The notes under the pieces are model-generated. The model did not search any database. It was given only the letters and a program-made list of their open reading frames with translations, and was not told the DNA's origin. From Eledone cirrhosa (Eukaryota), in contig OZ024741.1 of NCBI GenBank assembly GCA_964016885.1, forward strand, positions 166,656,001 through 166,720,000: 64,000 nt of DNA. Reading direction: 5' to 3'. Below, one piece after another: positions 38,695-50,842 of this stretch. The position numbers were made by a program, and so were the translations under genes. The stretch's first letter is position 1. Each line of letters opens with the position of its first letter.

Positions 38695-39002
38695 TATATA
38701 TATATATATATATATATCATCATCATCATCATCATCATCATTTTACGTCCGCTCTTCCTTGCTTGCAAGGGTATATATATATATATATATGTTTTTTTTT
38801 TACTTCCAGTAATTCATGCACAATAATAACTGAAATAAACTGAAAGTGGTTATGAATCCTGTTAAACAGCATGTGTGCAGAGGCAAACTTCCTAGAAACC
38901 ATGTCAAAAATTAGAACGTTCAAGAGAAACATGAATACCTAGCAGTAATTCCAAATAGAAAACTAACCAAACAATAACAATCCCATGCCATGGAAAGCAT
39001 GA

Positions 39003-41048
39003 TAATGGTTTCTTATATAGGCACAAGGCCAGAATTTTGGGGGAGGGGATAGTCGATTAAATCGACCCCAGTGTGTGACTGGTACTTTATTTTATCGATC
39101 ACGTAAGGATGAAAGACAAAGTTAAACTCGGCGGGATTTGAACTCAAATCATAAAGGGCCGTAACTCTATGCTGCAGAGCATGGTGTTTGACGCTCTACC
39201 GCTACTGCCAATCCACCGCCCTCACATAAAATGATGATAATGATTTCTATAAAGGCAATGAAATTGTTAGAGCATAAGGTAGAAATGCTTTGCAGTTTTT
39301 AGTCCAGTTCTCTGATCAAATCTCACTAAGCTTAACATTACTTTTCATTTTTTTTTTATTTTAAGCCTATAAAATCTATAAATAAAATACAAAGCCAGGG
39401 CAGGAGATTAATGAAACTGTTAGAGTTCAGTTTTTCCCAGCTTATTACAAAGTGCTGGAATAAAATTCCATGTAAATAAGAGACTGCCTAAAAAACTTCA
39501 ATGAAATCAGAAATATAATGCGGAGTAAGTTCGTAAGACTCCTATTACAGGGTTTATTTTAAGGAAAAAATATCATGAACCTATGTTTGATATTTGAGAA
39601 GCATTTCTGATGGCTATTTTAAACATTTTAATATGTAATATTTGACAAAAAATGTAAACTTACTGCCCAAAGTTAGATTTAAGATTGCATAAAATTATAT
39701 TTAGAACTACACAAGCCGAGGTCAACGACATGTTAAAATAATTACTCCCTATCTAGATTAACAAGGCATGGGAATTGGCCGCCCTCCTTAAATGTAACAT
39801 ATATACCTTCCACTAGAGCAAACACAAGTATAAAAGTGAAAGAATGTTCATAGGCGCCCTAATCCTTCATTCATTTATATATATAACCCATAAGATTTTG
39901 AGTAGAAGTGTGTATTAGGGTCGGACATCATGCTTTGCGGCATATTGTTACGGCCCTTTACATTCTGAGTTCAAATCCCGCCAACGTTAACTTTGCTTTT
40001 CATCCTTACGGGGTCGATAAAATAAAGTGACAGTCACGCACTGGGGTCGATTTAATGGACTTTCCCCTCCCCACAAAAAAATTGCTGGCTTTGTGGAAAC
40101 CAATAATTATTATGTTTAATGTGAATGATGACAAATGTTGACACGGATGGGATGGGAAGTACATTGTACAGGCTTTGCTAAAACAATAATAACTACAAAC
40201 TTCATATTAACTATAGTCTTTGTTTGGAATATACAGAAAATAATTGTTTCTACTTTAGGCACAAGGCCAGCAATTACCCAGTGCATTACTGGTACTTTTA
40301 TTTTATCGACCCCGTAAGGATGAAAGGCAAAGTCAACCTCGGCGGGATTTACAGAAAATAATGACTTTTAACATAAGCACAAAGCGAGCATTTTTTTTTT
40401 TTTTTTTTGTGGTGGTGATAGAGGAGGGTAGTAAGTTATATCGAATCCAGTACTTGACTGGTACTTTATTTTATCCACCCCGGAAGAATGGTAAAATTAG
40501 CCTCGGTGGGATTTGAACACAGAACACAAAGAGCTGGAACATAATACTACAAATTACTTCATCCGATGCTCCTAACAATTCTGTTAGTCCACCACCTTTC
40601 TGGAATATATAGAAATAATGGTTTCTTATATAGGCACAAGGCCAGCAATTTTGGGGGGAGAGAAAAGTCGATGAAATCGACCCCAGTGCATGACTGGTAC
40701 TTTATTTTATCGACCCACGTAAGGATGAAAGGCAAAGTTAACCTCGGCGGGATTTGAACTCAGTCCGTAAAGGGACGTAACTATGCTGCAAAGCATGGCG
40801 TCCGACCCTCTACCGATACTGCCAATCCACCGCCCTAAAATAATTGTTTCTACTTTAGGCACAAGGCCAGCAATTACCCAGTACATTACTGGTACTTTAT
40901 TTTATCGACCTAAAATAATTGTTTCTATTTTAGGCACAAGGCCAGCGAATACCCAGTACATTACTGGTACTTTATTTTATCGACCCTGTAAGGATGAAAG
41001 GCAAAGTTAACCTCTGCAGGATTTGAACTCAGATCGTAAAGGGACGTT
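39003..41048. mobile_element. Cluster of MetaSINE-like copies (39003-39222 -, 39910-40110 +, 40240-40350 -, 40360-40590 -, 40615-41048 - tandem)
   Basis: Repeated Meta core and B-box motifs. Confidence 0.75.
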
Positions 41049-41720
41049 AAAATAATAAATATATTTAAGAATCGATCGTAGTTTGTTCATTCAGCAGCAT
41101 TTCCCAGTGATTCATATAGGACAAACTAACTAACCACAATGAACGTAAGCCCCCGAACAACGAACAAATACCATTTCACATCATCAACTTCACAAAAACT
41201 TATTATTTCCTAGCAGGGGCTTCGTTTGCTTTAAAACTGTGAGGGGTGACAAACCAATATTTGTTGATTCGTATAGGAGCATAAATTGGTTATAGCGCCT
41301 TTCCCGGACCCTATCACATAAGCAAAATTTTACGCTAATTAAATTTTATATATTCAAATGAAGTTCAGATATAAAAATATAGGCTTAAAAAGAATTTATT
41401 ATATCAAATAAACAAAAAATAAAACAGACGTTTGAAAAAAAAAGGCGGGGGGGGGGGGCACTTAAACAAGGTCCTCTCCGGCAAAATTTTATTTTGTAGC
41501 ATTCCTGTGGCAATTAATTTTCTTTATACATTAAAAAACATTATACATGATAAAAACGTACAATACTAGAAAAGTATAAAATAAATAGGAAGGGTTGGGG
41601 TCTCAATATTTAAAATAAAAGACTAATTCTGGTTTTTTAAAAGAATCAACGGAGACAATGTTGAAAAATTAACAACTTTCCACCCTCCCCCCTATTATTT
41701 GGGACCTGAGAGTACTCGCA

Positions 41721-41737
41721 ACATATATACATACACA

Positions 41738-41779
<42 letters not shown>

Positions 41780-41784
41780 ATATA

Positions 41785-41849
<65 letters not shown>

Positions 41850-42056
41850 TATACATATATACATATATATACATACATATATATATACATACATATATAT
41901 ATACATACATATATATATACATATATATATACATACATATATATATACATATATATATACATACATATATATATACATACATATATATATACATACATAT
42001 ATATATACATACATATATATATACATACATATATATATACATATATATATATATAC

Positions 42057-42095
<39 letters not shown>

Positions 42096-42240
42096 CATAC
42101 ATATATATATACATACATATATATATACATACATATATACATACATATATATATACATACATATATATATACATACATATATATATACATACATATATAT
42201 ATACATACATATATATATACATATATATATACATATATAC

Positions 42241-42271
<31 letters not shown>

Positions 42272-42272
42272 C

Positions 42273-42343
<71 letters not shown>

Positions 42344-42806
42344 CATATATATACATATACATATATATACATATACATATATATACATATACATACATAT
42401 ATATATATATACATATATATATACATACATACATATATACATATACATACATATATATATATATACATATATATATACATACATACATATATACATACAT
42501 ACATATATATATACATACATATATATATATACATACATACATATATATACATACATACATATATATACATACATACATATATATACATACATACATATAT
42601 ACATACATACATACATATATACATACATACACATATATATATATATATACACATACATATATACATACATACATATATATATATATATACATACATATAT
42701 ATATATATATACATACATACATATATACATACATACATATATATATATATATACATATATATATACATACATACATATATACATACATACATATATATAT
42801 ATATAT

Positions 42807-42855
<49 letters not shown>

Positions 42856-42885
42856 TACATACATACATACATACATACATACATA
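41721..42885. repeat. ~1.16-kb compound (TA)n/(TACA)n/(CA)n microsatellite
   Basis: Seen directly. Similar arrays at 44505-44991, 49805-50262 and 50842-51463; a nearly pure (TA)n tract at 62829-63080. Confidence 0.95.
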
Positions 42886-43930
42886 CAGTAACACCTTCAA
42901 CAGAGGAAAAAGGTTGGCGACCATCTTGCTCAGGTTTATGAGCATGAAAAAAGAAATATCATTAGAATAGCGACTGATCTGGAGGAGAGATATGGAATAA
43001 AGCCTGATATAAATCTCTCACCCAGAGAAATCGGAAGATCCTATTCAATGTTCAAACAAGAAAAAAAAATTGACCAATTTACAGAGAAAGTTGTGCATGG
43101 ATACTTGAGGCGTAAAACACAGACCATAGAGGGGATAAACCACTCAAAAAGCCTGGCATGGAGTTCCGACAAGTTTATGACATCACACCTTGAGGGATAT
43201 CTCTATGCAATACAGGAACAAGAACTCCCTACCAAATATCTGCTGCACAAAAGAGGAGGGCCAGCAGCTGACAATAAATGTAGGCTATGTAAAACAAAGA
43301 TCGAGGATGTAAGCCGCATTGTTGCCAGCTGCGAAAGAATGTAATCTCGCTACTACCTCCCCATGAGACACGATGGGAGAGCTAGAACCATCTGGAACGC
43401 ACTTCGGAAAACAAAATTAACAACAAACGAGGAAGAATATATTGAGACAGATGGCACTAAGGAATACTGGTGGAACCTGAAAATAAAAACTGCCACCAAA
43501 TTAAGCACAACCGGCCTGATATTGTAGTTTGGGACCACACATTGAGAACGTGTTCTGTTGTGGAGATCAGCTGCCCACTTGTGTAAACGTTGTCAGAAAA
43601 ATACAGGAGAAGGAGGACATCTACGGACCATTGATGAGGAGTTTACAAATCCAGTATCCAAGATACACCTTTAGCTTCATATCCATCATTATTGGTGCTA
43701 CGGGTTATATACCAACCCGCTTGGACCAAAGTATGACCGAACTTGGATTTGCGGACAAAAAGCGCAGCTCCCTAATTCATAGTCTACAAATGGCTGCGAT
43801 AGCTGGCACCTTCAAAATATGCAAAACATTCTTGCGATTCAAGGGATGACAATTTCTTTTCTTTTACAACCTTGCCACCAGGAAGGTGGCCGGTCAAAAA
43901 AATATACTCGAAATTAAGAGAAAGAGAAAA
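42886..43930 (+). mobile_element. 5'-truncated R4/Dong-like element
   Basis: Near-identical to 47972-49012 (zinc knuckle and RLE region); flanked on both sides by (TACA)n. Confidence 0.9.
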
Positions 43931-43940
43931 CATACATACA

Positions 43941-43976
<36 letters not shown>

Positions 43977-44040
43977 TATACATACATACATATATATATA
44001 TACATATACATACATACATACATATATATATATATATACA

Positions 44041-44490
44041 TGGTGGCTGCCAACTCGTTTTCGAGTACGGCCACTACTTTACATCCATGTAGGATAACCC
44101 CTACCGAAGCGCTGAACGAGTGTGACTTTTTAGTCCAGCCAGCGACTTGAAACCTCTGGTACAAACACTACACCTGTGACAATCATTGACACATAGTGCT
44201 GGGCCCATGGTAGGACAATTATTGACACATAGTGCTGGGCCCATGTGAGGACAAGTGCAGAGAGATCTCCAGATATAAAGCAATGCCTGTGCCGTGAAGC
44301 TTTTATAGTGAGCAAAGGCACTGCACAAAGCCAGTCCCACTCTCTTAACCAAGATGATATTTACCAAAAAGAAGAACAAGTCAACATCATTGGATTACCA
44401 TCAGGGTTGCAGGTGTTATATCAGAGTTTTCCTTCTCCTAGAATTCTGCCTTGACAAAGGCTAAGGGGTCATCTCTCCCGGTGATTTTGG
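44041..44490 (-). mobile_element. Bipartite non-autonomous RTE derivative, copy A (5'-truncated)
   Basis: Minus strand: RTE 5' UTR motif CTAGGAGAAGGAAAACTCTGAT fused to an ORF end [19 protein letters not shown], a 3' stem CTCGAAAACGAG and a TATG/TA tail. Confidence 0.75.
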
Positions 44491-44510
44491 ATGTATATTT
44501 TGGATATATA

Positions 44511-44546
<36 letters not shown>

Positions 44547-44574
44547 TATAGATACATACATATACATACATACA

Positions 44575-44610
<36 letters not shown>

Positions 44611-44785
44611 CATACATACATACATATATATATATACATACATACATACATATATATACATACATACATACATATATATATATACATACATACATATATA
44701 TATATACATACATACATACATATATATACATACATACATACATACATATATATATATATACATACATATATATATATATACATAC

Positions 44786-44822
<37 letters not shown>

Positions 44823-44831
44823 CATACATAC

Positions 44832-44866
<35 letters not shown>

Positions 44867-44915
44867 CATACATATATATATATACATATATATATATACA
44901 TACATATATATATAC

Positions 44916-44964
<49 letters not shown>

Positions 44965-44991
44965 CATACATATATATATATATACATACAT

Positions 44992-47900
44992 AATATGGCG
45001 ACCGTTGTGGTCAGTGTCCGATAATCGGACGTGTGTAATTATGGCTTACATGAAGGCAACATACCATATATTGGAAAAATTTGAGCTACATTACGCGGTA
45101 AGATTACATACAATAATTCTACATAAGTGTTTGAACTGTAAGTGTGTTGTAAAACACCTATTTATATGAACGATACATACACTTATGATATATGAACGAT
45201 ACATACACTTTAACATATAAATGCAACGTTGTTATATTACATTTATAAAGAAATATTACATTTATATAAAACACAGCTGTAGAATTAAAAACTAACTGAA
45301 AAGAAATATTACTCAAGCTGTGAATAACTTTAAATTTGATTCTGACAGAACTTTGTCGTAACTTTTAAAGAAGATCATCGACTATTTTGAAAAATAAATA
45401 CGAAATATTAGTGAATAGACGAACTCATCATGGCAAAAAGTACAAGTCTCCTTCGACCAAATCGCAATTACAACCGTTGTATACAGTGGACCTACGAGCT
45501 TAACAAAGTATTATATGAAGCATACAAACAATCTGAACCCCAAAAGTTCGGTTTTATGCAAAGGCTAAAAACTTTATGGAACTCCAAACACCCAGAATTA
45601 GACTTTTCTCCAAAGCATTTAAATGAACAGGCAAAACGTATCATTAGATGTAAATTGATACATCTAACGGAATCGAGTGGTACTACAAATACAGCCCTTG
45701 TAGACAACCACCCCACCTCCACTGACAGACAAAGGGAATGGCCAGCTAAATCTAACAGTGAACAGCTCACCAACAATTTTGCTGAAATTCATCCCACTTC
45801 CACTGAAGAACAGCGAGAAAGGTCAGCTGACTCTAGTAGTAATTGTCACCACATCAACAACGAGGCTGAAATTCATGACTCTACTGAACAAACAGAGCAC
45901 CAAAAACTTGTGGGCTCCCTACAAGTGATATGGAATGATATGTTTCAAGAGATACACAGCCTTAATGTGAGTGACAGACCATACAACACTAGAGTCAGTA
46001 AAGAACCCACTAAATTGGAAGCGGTGAACGAAATAGCTGGCAATTATCTGAAGGCTATACGATCTAAAGGTGTAGAAACGACATTTGAAACGCTTAATGT
46101 TTTGTTATATGTTTCAGCTGTCACATTGCTATCATATAACACACATCTAAAACCACGCAATCAAGATACAAACAGAAAGCCTGAACCAGCGTGGATGCGA
46201 AATTTAGAAACCAAAATTTTGTCCCTGAGACGAAGTATCTCACACATCGCAGTCGTTATGAAATGCAACATAGAGAGCAACTTCACACAACACCAGGAAG
46301 ACCTAAAGAAAAAGTTAGAGAGAAGATTTGGAGATACAAAATTTAAAACTTTGAACTCCAAATTACACCAGTTGAAACAACAACTCACAGCTACAACAGA
46401 AAGACTAAAATATAAGTCAACAGCACATAAACGACAAGTGCTAAATAGATTGTTTGCCAGAGATCCTAAATCAGTTTATCGCAGCTTCGGTGGCAAAAGC
46501 TCAATCTCTGTAAATGACACCCCTTCAAAAGAACAGGTTGAGAGCTACTGGAGATCTGTATGGGAAACGGATGACGGATTCAACAGACAAGCTAATTGGC
46601 TAAAAGAACTGGAACAGGACTACTGCCAACATGTCCAGACAAAACAATATGACATAGATGGGTCAATACTGGAAACATCTCTACAGAAAATGTCGAATAG
46701 GAAATCGCCAGGCCCAGACCTCATTACAGGATACTGGTTGAAGAATTTCACTTTCTATCGGCAAGATCTCATACGGCTGTTTACAGAAACCATTAAGGGC
46801 ACACAAGAACTGCCCAGATGGTTATCAACTGCCTCTACTCTCCTCATTCCCAAAAATAGCCAAACCACCCTTGCTAAAAATTACCGCCCAATTGCCTGCC
46901 AAAACATCATGTATAAATTATATACTGGGTGCCTTAACCTGTTCTTACAGGATCACTGTGCTACCAACAACATCATAACACCTGAGCAAGCTGGTGGAAA
47001 GAGGGAGGTGTGGGGTTGCATAGATCACCTACTAACTAACAAAATGATTCAGGAAAAAACAACAAAGAATCGCAGAAACATGACTGTCGTGTGGCTGGAC
47101 TATCAAAAAGCATTTGATAGTGTACCTCATGGGTGGATTGTTAAGGCTTTACAGTTAGCTAAAGTCCCACAACCATTGGTAGCTGCTGTTGAACGCCTGA
47201 CCAAGAACTGGTACACCAGTTTGATCCTTAGAGGTGAGAAGGAGCAGGTTAAGACTGATAAGATACATTACCAGAAGGGCATCTTTCAGGGTGATAGCTT
47301 GTCAGTGCTACTCTTCGTTCTCTCACTGAATCCACTATCTTACCTACTCAGGAAACAAGGTCGACAAAGAAGTGGGACCAGAAGTATCTCCCATCTTTTC
47401 TTTGTTGATGACCTGAAGTTGTATGGGCCAAATATCAATGACATCAAGAAACAATTGGACCTCATTACACAATTTTCAACCGACATCAAAATGAAATTTG
47501 GTGAGTCCAAGTGTGCATATTTGGCAGTAAAACGTGGAAGAGCTGTGCCCTCCTCTAGAAATCTAGAGATGAACGGCCTGACAATACAACCTCTGCAGTC
47601 AGGTGACAACTACAGATATCTTGGACAGGATGAGAATGTCAGATATGATGGACCCATAAATAAGGAGAGAACCAGAACTGAATACCTCAGAAGAGTAAAG
47701 AAAATATGGTCATCAGAACTGTCAGCATACAACAAATACATTGCCCACAATACTTATGCTGTGCCAATTCTAACGCCAACATTTGGCCTACTGAACTGGT
47801 CATTGCAAGAACTAAGTGAGATGGATGTTAGAACTCGAAAACTTCTCAGTGTTACTGGGAACTTTAACATCAATGGTGATGTGGATAGGCTATACTTCTC

Positions 47901-49012
47901 ACGCAAGGAAGGTGGCCGGGGTCTAAAATCAATATTAACAACATATGAGACCCGGATAGTGACACTGAAGCAACACCTTCAACAGAGGAAAAAGGTTGGC
48001 AACCATCTTGCCCAGGTTTATGACCATGAAAAAAAAAATATCATTAGAATAGCGACTGATCTGGAGGAGAGATATGGAATAAAGCCCGATATAAATCTCT
48101 CACCCAGAGAAATCGGAAGATCCTATTCAATGTTCAAACAAGAAAAAAAAATTGACCAATTTACAGAAAAAGTTGTGCATGGATACTTGAGGCGTAAAAC
48201 ACAGACCATAGAGGGGATAAACCACTCAAAAAGCCTGGCATGGAGTTCCGACAAGTTTATGACATCACACCTTGAGGGATATCTCTATGCAATACAGGAA
48301 CAAGAACTCCCTACCAAATATCTGCTGCACAAAAGGGGAGGGCCATCAGCTGACAATAAATGTAGGCTATGTAAAACAAAGATCGAGGATGTAAGCCACA
48401 TTGTTGCCAGCTGCGAAAGAATGTCATCTCGCTACTACCTCCCCATGAGACACGATGGGATAGCTAGAACCATCTGGAACGCACTTCGGAAAACAAAATC
48501 AACAACAAACGAGGAAGAATATATTGAGACAGATGGCACTAAGGAATACTGGTGGAACCTGAAAATAAAAACTGCCACCAAATTAAAGCACAACCGGCCT
48601 GATATTGTAGTTTGGGACCACACATTGAAAACGTGTTCTGTTGTGGAGATCAGCTGCCCACTTGTGTAAACGTTGTCAGAAAAATACAGGAGAAGGAGGA
48701 CATCTACGGACCATTGATGAGGAGTTTACAAATCCAGTATCCAAGATACACCTTTAGCTTCATACCCATCATTATTGGTGCTACGGGTTATATACCAACC
48801 CGCTTGGACCAAAGTATGACTGAACTTGGATTTGCGGACAAAAAGCGCAGCTCCCTAATTCATAGTCTACAAATGGCTGCGATAGCTGGCACCTTCAAAA
48901 TTTGCAAAACATTCTTGCGATTCAAGGGATGACAATTTCTTTTCTTTTACAACCTTGCCACCAGGAAGGTGGCCGGTCAAAAAATATACTCAAAATTAAG
49001 AGAAAGAGAAAA
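44992..49012 (+). mobile_element. Near-full-length R4/Dong-clade RLE non-LTR retrotransposon
   Basis: ~440-bp 5' UTR, single ORF, short 3' UTR ending AGAGAAAA; embedded in TACA/TA microsatellite. Confidence 0.9.
45430..48669 (+). CDS. R4/Dong-like polyprotein: Myb-like N-terminus, RT, CCHC knuckle and PD-(D/E)xK endonuclease (C-terminus continues in the -1 frame to 48932)
   Basis: SPGPD, NYRPIAC, DYQKAFDSVPH, GIFQGDSLS, FVDDLK, YRYLG, EGGRGL, CRLC..HIVASC, RHD, RPDIVVWD..VEISCP; then EKEDIY..IPIIIGATG in the other frame. Confidence 0.9.
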   Translation: MAKSTSLLRPNRNYNRCIQWTYELNKVLYEAYKQSEPQKFGFMQRLKTLWNSKHPELDFSPKHLNEQAKRIIRCKLIHLTESSGTTNTALVDNHPTSTDRQREWPAKSNSEQLTNNFAEIHPTSTEEQRERSADSSSNCHHINNEAEIHDSTEQTEHQKLVGSLQVIWNDMFQEIHSLNVSDRPYNTRVSKEPTKLEAVNEIAGNYLKAIRSKGVETTFETLNVLLYVSAVTLLSYNTHLKPRNQDTNRKPEPAWMRNLETKILSLRRSISHIAVVMKCNIESNFTQHQEDLKKKLERRFGDTKFKTLNSKLHQLKQQLTATTERLKYKSTAHKRQVLNRLFARDPKSVYRSFGGKSSISVNDTPSKEQVESYWRSVWETDDGFNRQANWLKELEQDYCQHVQTKQYDIDGSILETSLQKMSNRKSPGPDLITGYWLKNFTFYRQDLIRLFTETIKGTQELPRWLSTASTLLIPKNSQTTLAKNYRPIACQNIMYKLYTGCLNLFLQDHCATNNIITPEQAGGKREVWGCIDHLLTNKMIQEKTTKNRRNMTVVWLDYQKAFDSVPHGWIVKALQLAKVPQPLVAAVERLTKNWYTSLILRGEKEQVKTDKIHYQKGIFQGDSLSVLLFVLSLNPLSYLLRKQGRQRSGTRSISHLFFVDDLKLYGPNINDIKKQLDLITQFSTDIKMKFGESKCAYLAVKRGRAVPSSRNLEMNGLTIQPLQSGDNYRYLGQDENVRYDGPINKERTRTEYLRRVKKIWSSELSAYNKYIAHNTYAVPILTPTFGLLNWSLQELSEMDVRTRKLLSVTGNFNINGDVDRLYFSRKEGGRGLKSILTTYETRIVTLKQHLQQRKKVGNHLAQVYDHEKKNIIRIATDLEERYGIKPDINLSPREIGRSYSMFKQEKKIDQFTEKVVHGYLRRKTQTIEGINHSKSLAWSSDKFMTSHLEGYLYAIQEQELPTKYLLHKRGGPSADNKCRLCKTKIEDVSHIVASCERMSSRYYLPMRHDGIARTIWNALRKTKSTTNEEEYIETDGTKEYWWNLKIKTATKLKHNRPDIVVWDHTLKTCSVVEISCPLV

Positions 49013-49196
49013 CATATATACATACATATATATATATATACATACATATATATATATACATACATACATATATATATACATACATACATATATATATACA
49101 TACATATATATATATATACATACATATATATATATATACATACATATATACATACATATATATATATATACATATATACATACATATATATATATA

Positions 49197-49805
49197 TGGT
49201 GGCTGCCAACTCGTTTTCGAGTACGGCCACTACTTTATATCCATATAGGAGAACCCCTACCGATGCAGTGAACCAGTGTGACCTTTTAGTCCAGCCAGCG
49301 ACTTGAAAACTCTGGTACAAACACTACACTTGTGACAAATATTGACACATAGTGCTGGGGCCATGGTACCCTGTGACGACAAGTGCAGAGAGATCTCCAG
49401 ATATAAAGCAATGCCTGTGCCGTGAAGCTTTTATAGTGAGCAAAGGCACTGCACAAAGCCAGTCCCACTCTCTTAACCAAGATGATATTTACCAAAAAGA
49501 AGAACAAGTCAACATCATTGGATACCATCAGAGTTGCAGGTGTTATATCAGAGTTTTCCTTCTCCTAGAATTCTGCCTTGACAAAGGCTAAGGGGTCATC
49601 TCTCACGGTGATTTTGGATGGCCATTGACTCTTAAGAGCTCCTTTGCCCTTTGACAGGTCTTGTTTTTAGTCCTGCAGGATGTCCAAAGTCACCCTCCTC
49701 ACCAAGAAACCTTGGTGGGGTTGCCAGTTTAGTCGCCAACGACCCGACCATGGGACAGGTTGTACTGGGATACATGTTACCAGTAGCACCAACTGGTGAC
49801 CTGAC
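49197..49805 (-). mobile_element. Bipartite non-autonomous RTE derivative, copy B (longest)
   Basis: Homologous to copies A, C and D; flanked by TA/TACA arrays. Confidence 0.78.
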
Positions 49806-49975
49806 ATATATATATATATACATACATATATACATACATATATACATATATATATATATACATATATACATACATATATATATATATATACATATATACA
49901 TATATACATATATACATACATATATATATATATACATACATATATATATATATACATATACATATATATATATAC

Positions 49976-50006
<31 letters not shown>

Positions 50007-50262
50007 CATACATATATATATATATATATACATACATATATATATATATATACATACATATATATATATATATATACATACATATATATATACATACATA
50101 CATATATATATACATACATATATATACATATATATACATACATATATATATACATACATATATATATATATATATACATACATATATATATACATACATA
50201 TATATATACATACATATATATATATATATATACATACATATATATATACATACATATATATA

Positions 50263-50842
50263 TGGTGGCTGCCAACTCGTTTTCGAGTACGGCCACTACT
50301 TTATATCCATGTAGGAGAACCCCTACCGATGCGCTGAACGAATGTGACTTTTTAGTCCAGCCAGCGACTTGAAAACTCTGGTACAAAGACTACACTTGTG
50401 ACCATTATTGACACATAGTGCAGGGCCCATGGTACCATGTGATGACAAGTGCAGAGAGATCTCCAGATATAAAGCAATGCCTGTGCTGTGAAGCTTTTAT
50501 AGTGAGCAAAGGCACTGCACAAAGCCAGTCCCACTCTCTTAACCAAGATGATATTTACCAAAAAGAAGAACAAGTCAACATCATTGGATACCATCAGGGT
50601 TGCAGGTGTTATATCAGAGTTTTCCTTCTCCTAGAATTCTGCCTTGACAAAGGCTAAGGGGTCATCTCTCCCAGTGATTTTGGATGGCTATTGACTCTTA
50701 AGAGCTCCCTTGCCCTTTGACAGGTTTTGTTTTTAGTCCTGCAGGATGTCCAAAGTCACCCTCCTCACCAAGAAACCTTGGTGGGGTTGCCAGTTTAGTC
50801 GCCAACGACCCGACCATGAGACAGGTTGTACTGGGATACATG
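50263..50842 (-). mobile_element. Bipartite non-autonomous RTE derivative, copy C
   Basis: Tandem with copy B, separated from it only by microsatellite. Confidence 0.78.

Noticed and set aside
41100-41160. Possible host first exon (ATGAAC|GTAAGC); similar splice-like signals near 54080 and 58450
   Set aside because: Isolated splice motifs without a recognisable coding frame; not supportable without transcript data.
41646-42945. 400-aa ORFs rich in Y/I/M/V/C (also near 17.5, 18, 21, 44.5, 50, 51 and 62.8 kb)
   Set aside because: Translations of TA/TACA microsatellites, open in several frames on both strands.
49715-49805. HDV-like ribozyme at the 5' end of the bipartite RTE derivative (GG-CGA-CTAA-ACTGG pairing with CCAGT)
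   Set aside because: P2 and J4/2-like motifs exist, but I could not build a convincing P1, P3 and L3 by eye. An RNArobo/Infernal search on the family consensus would decide.
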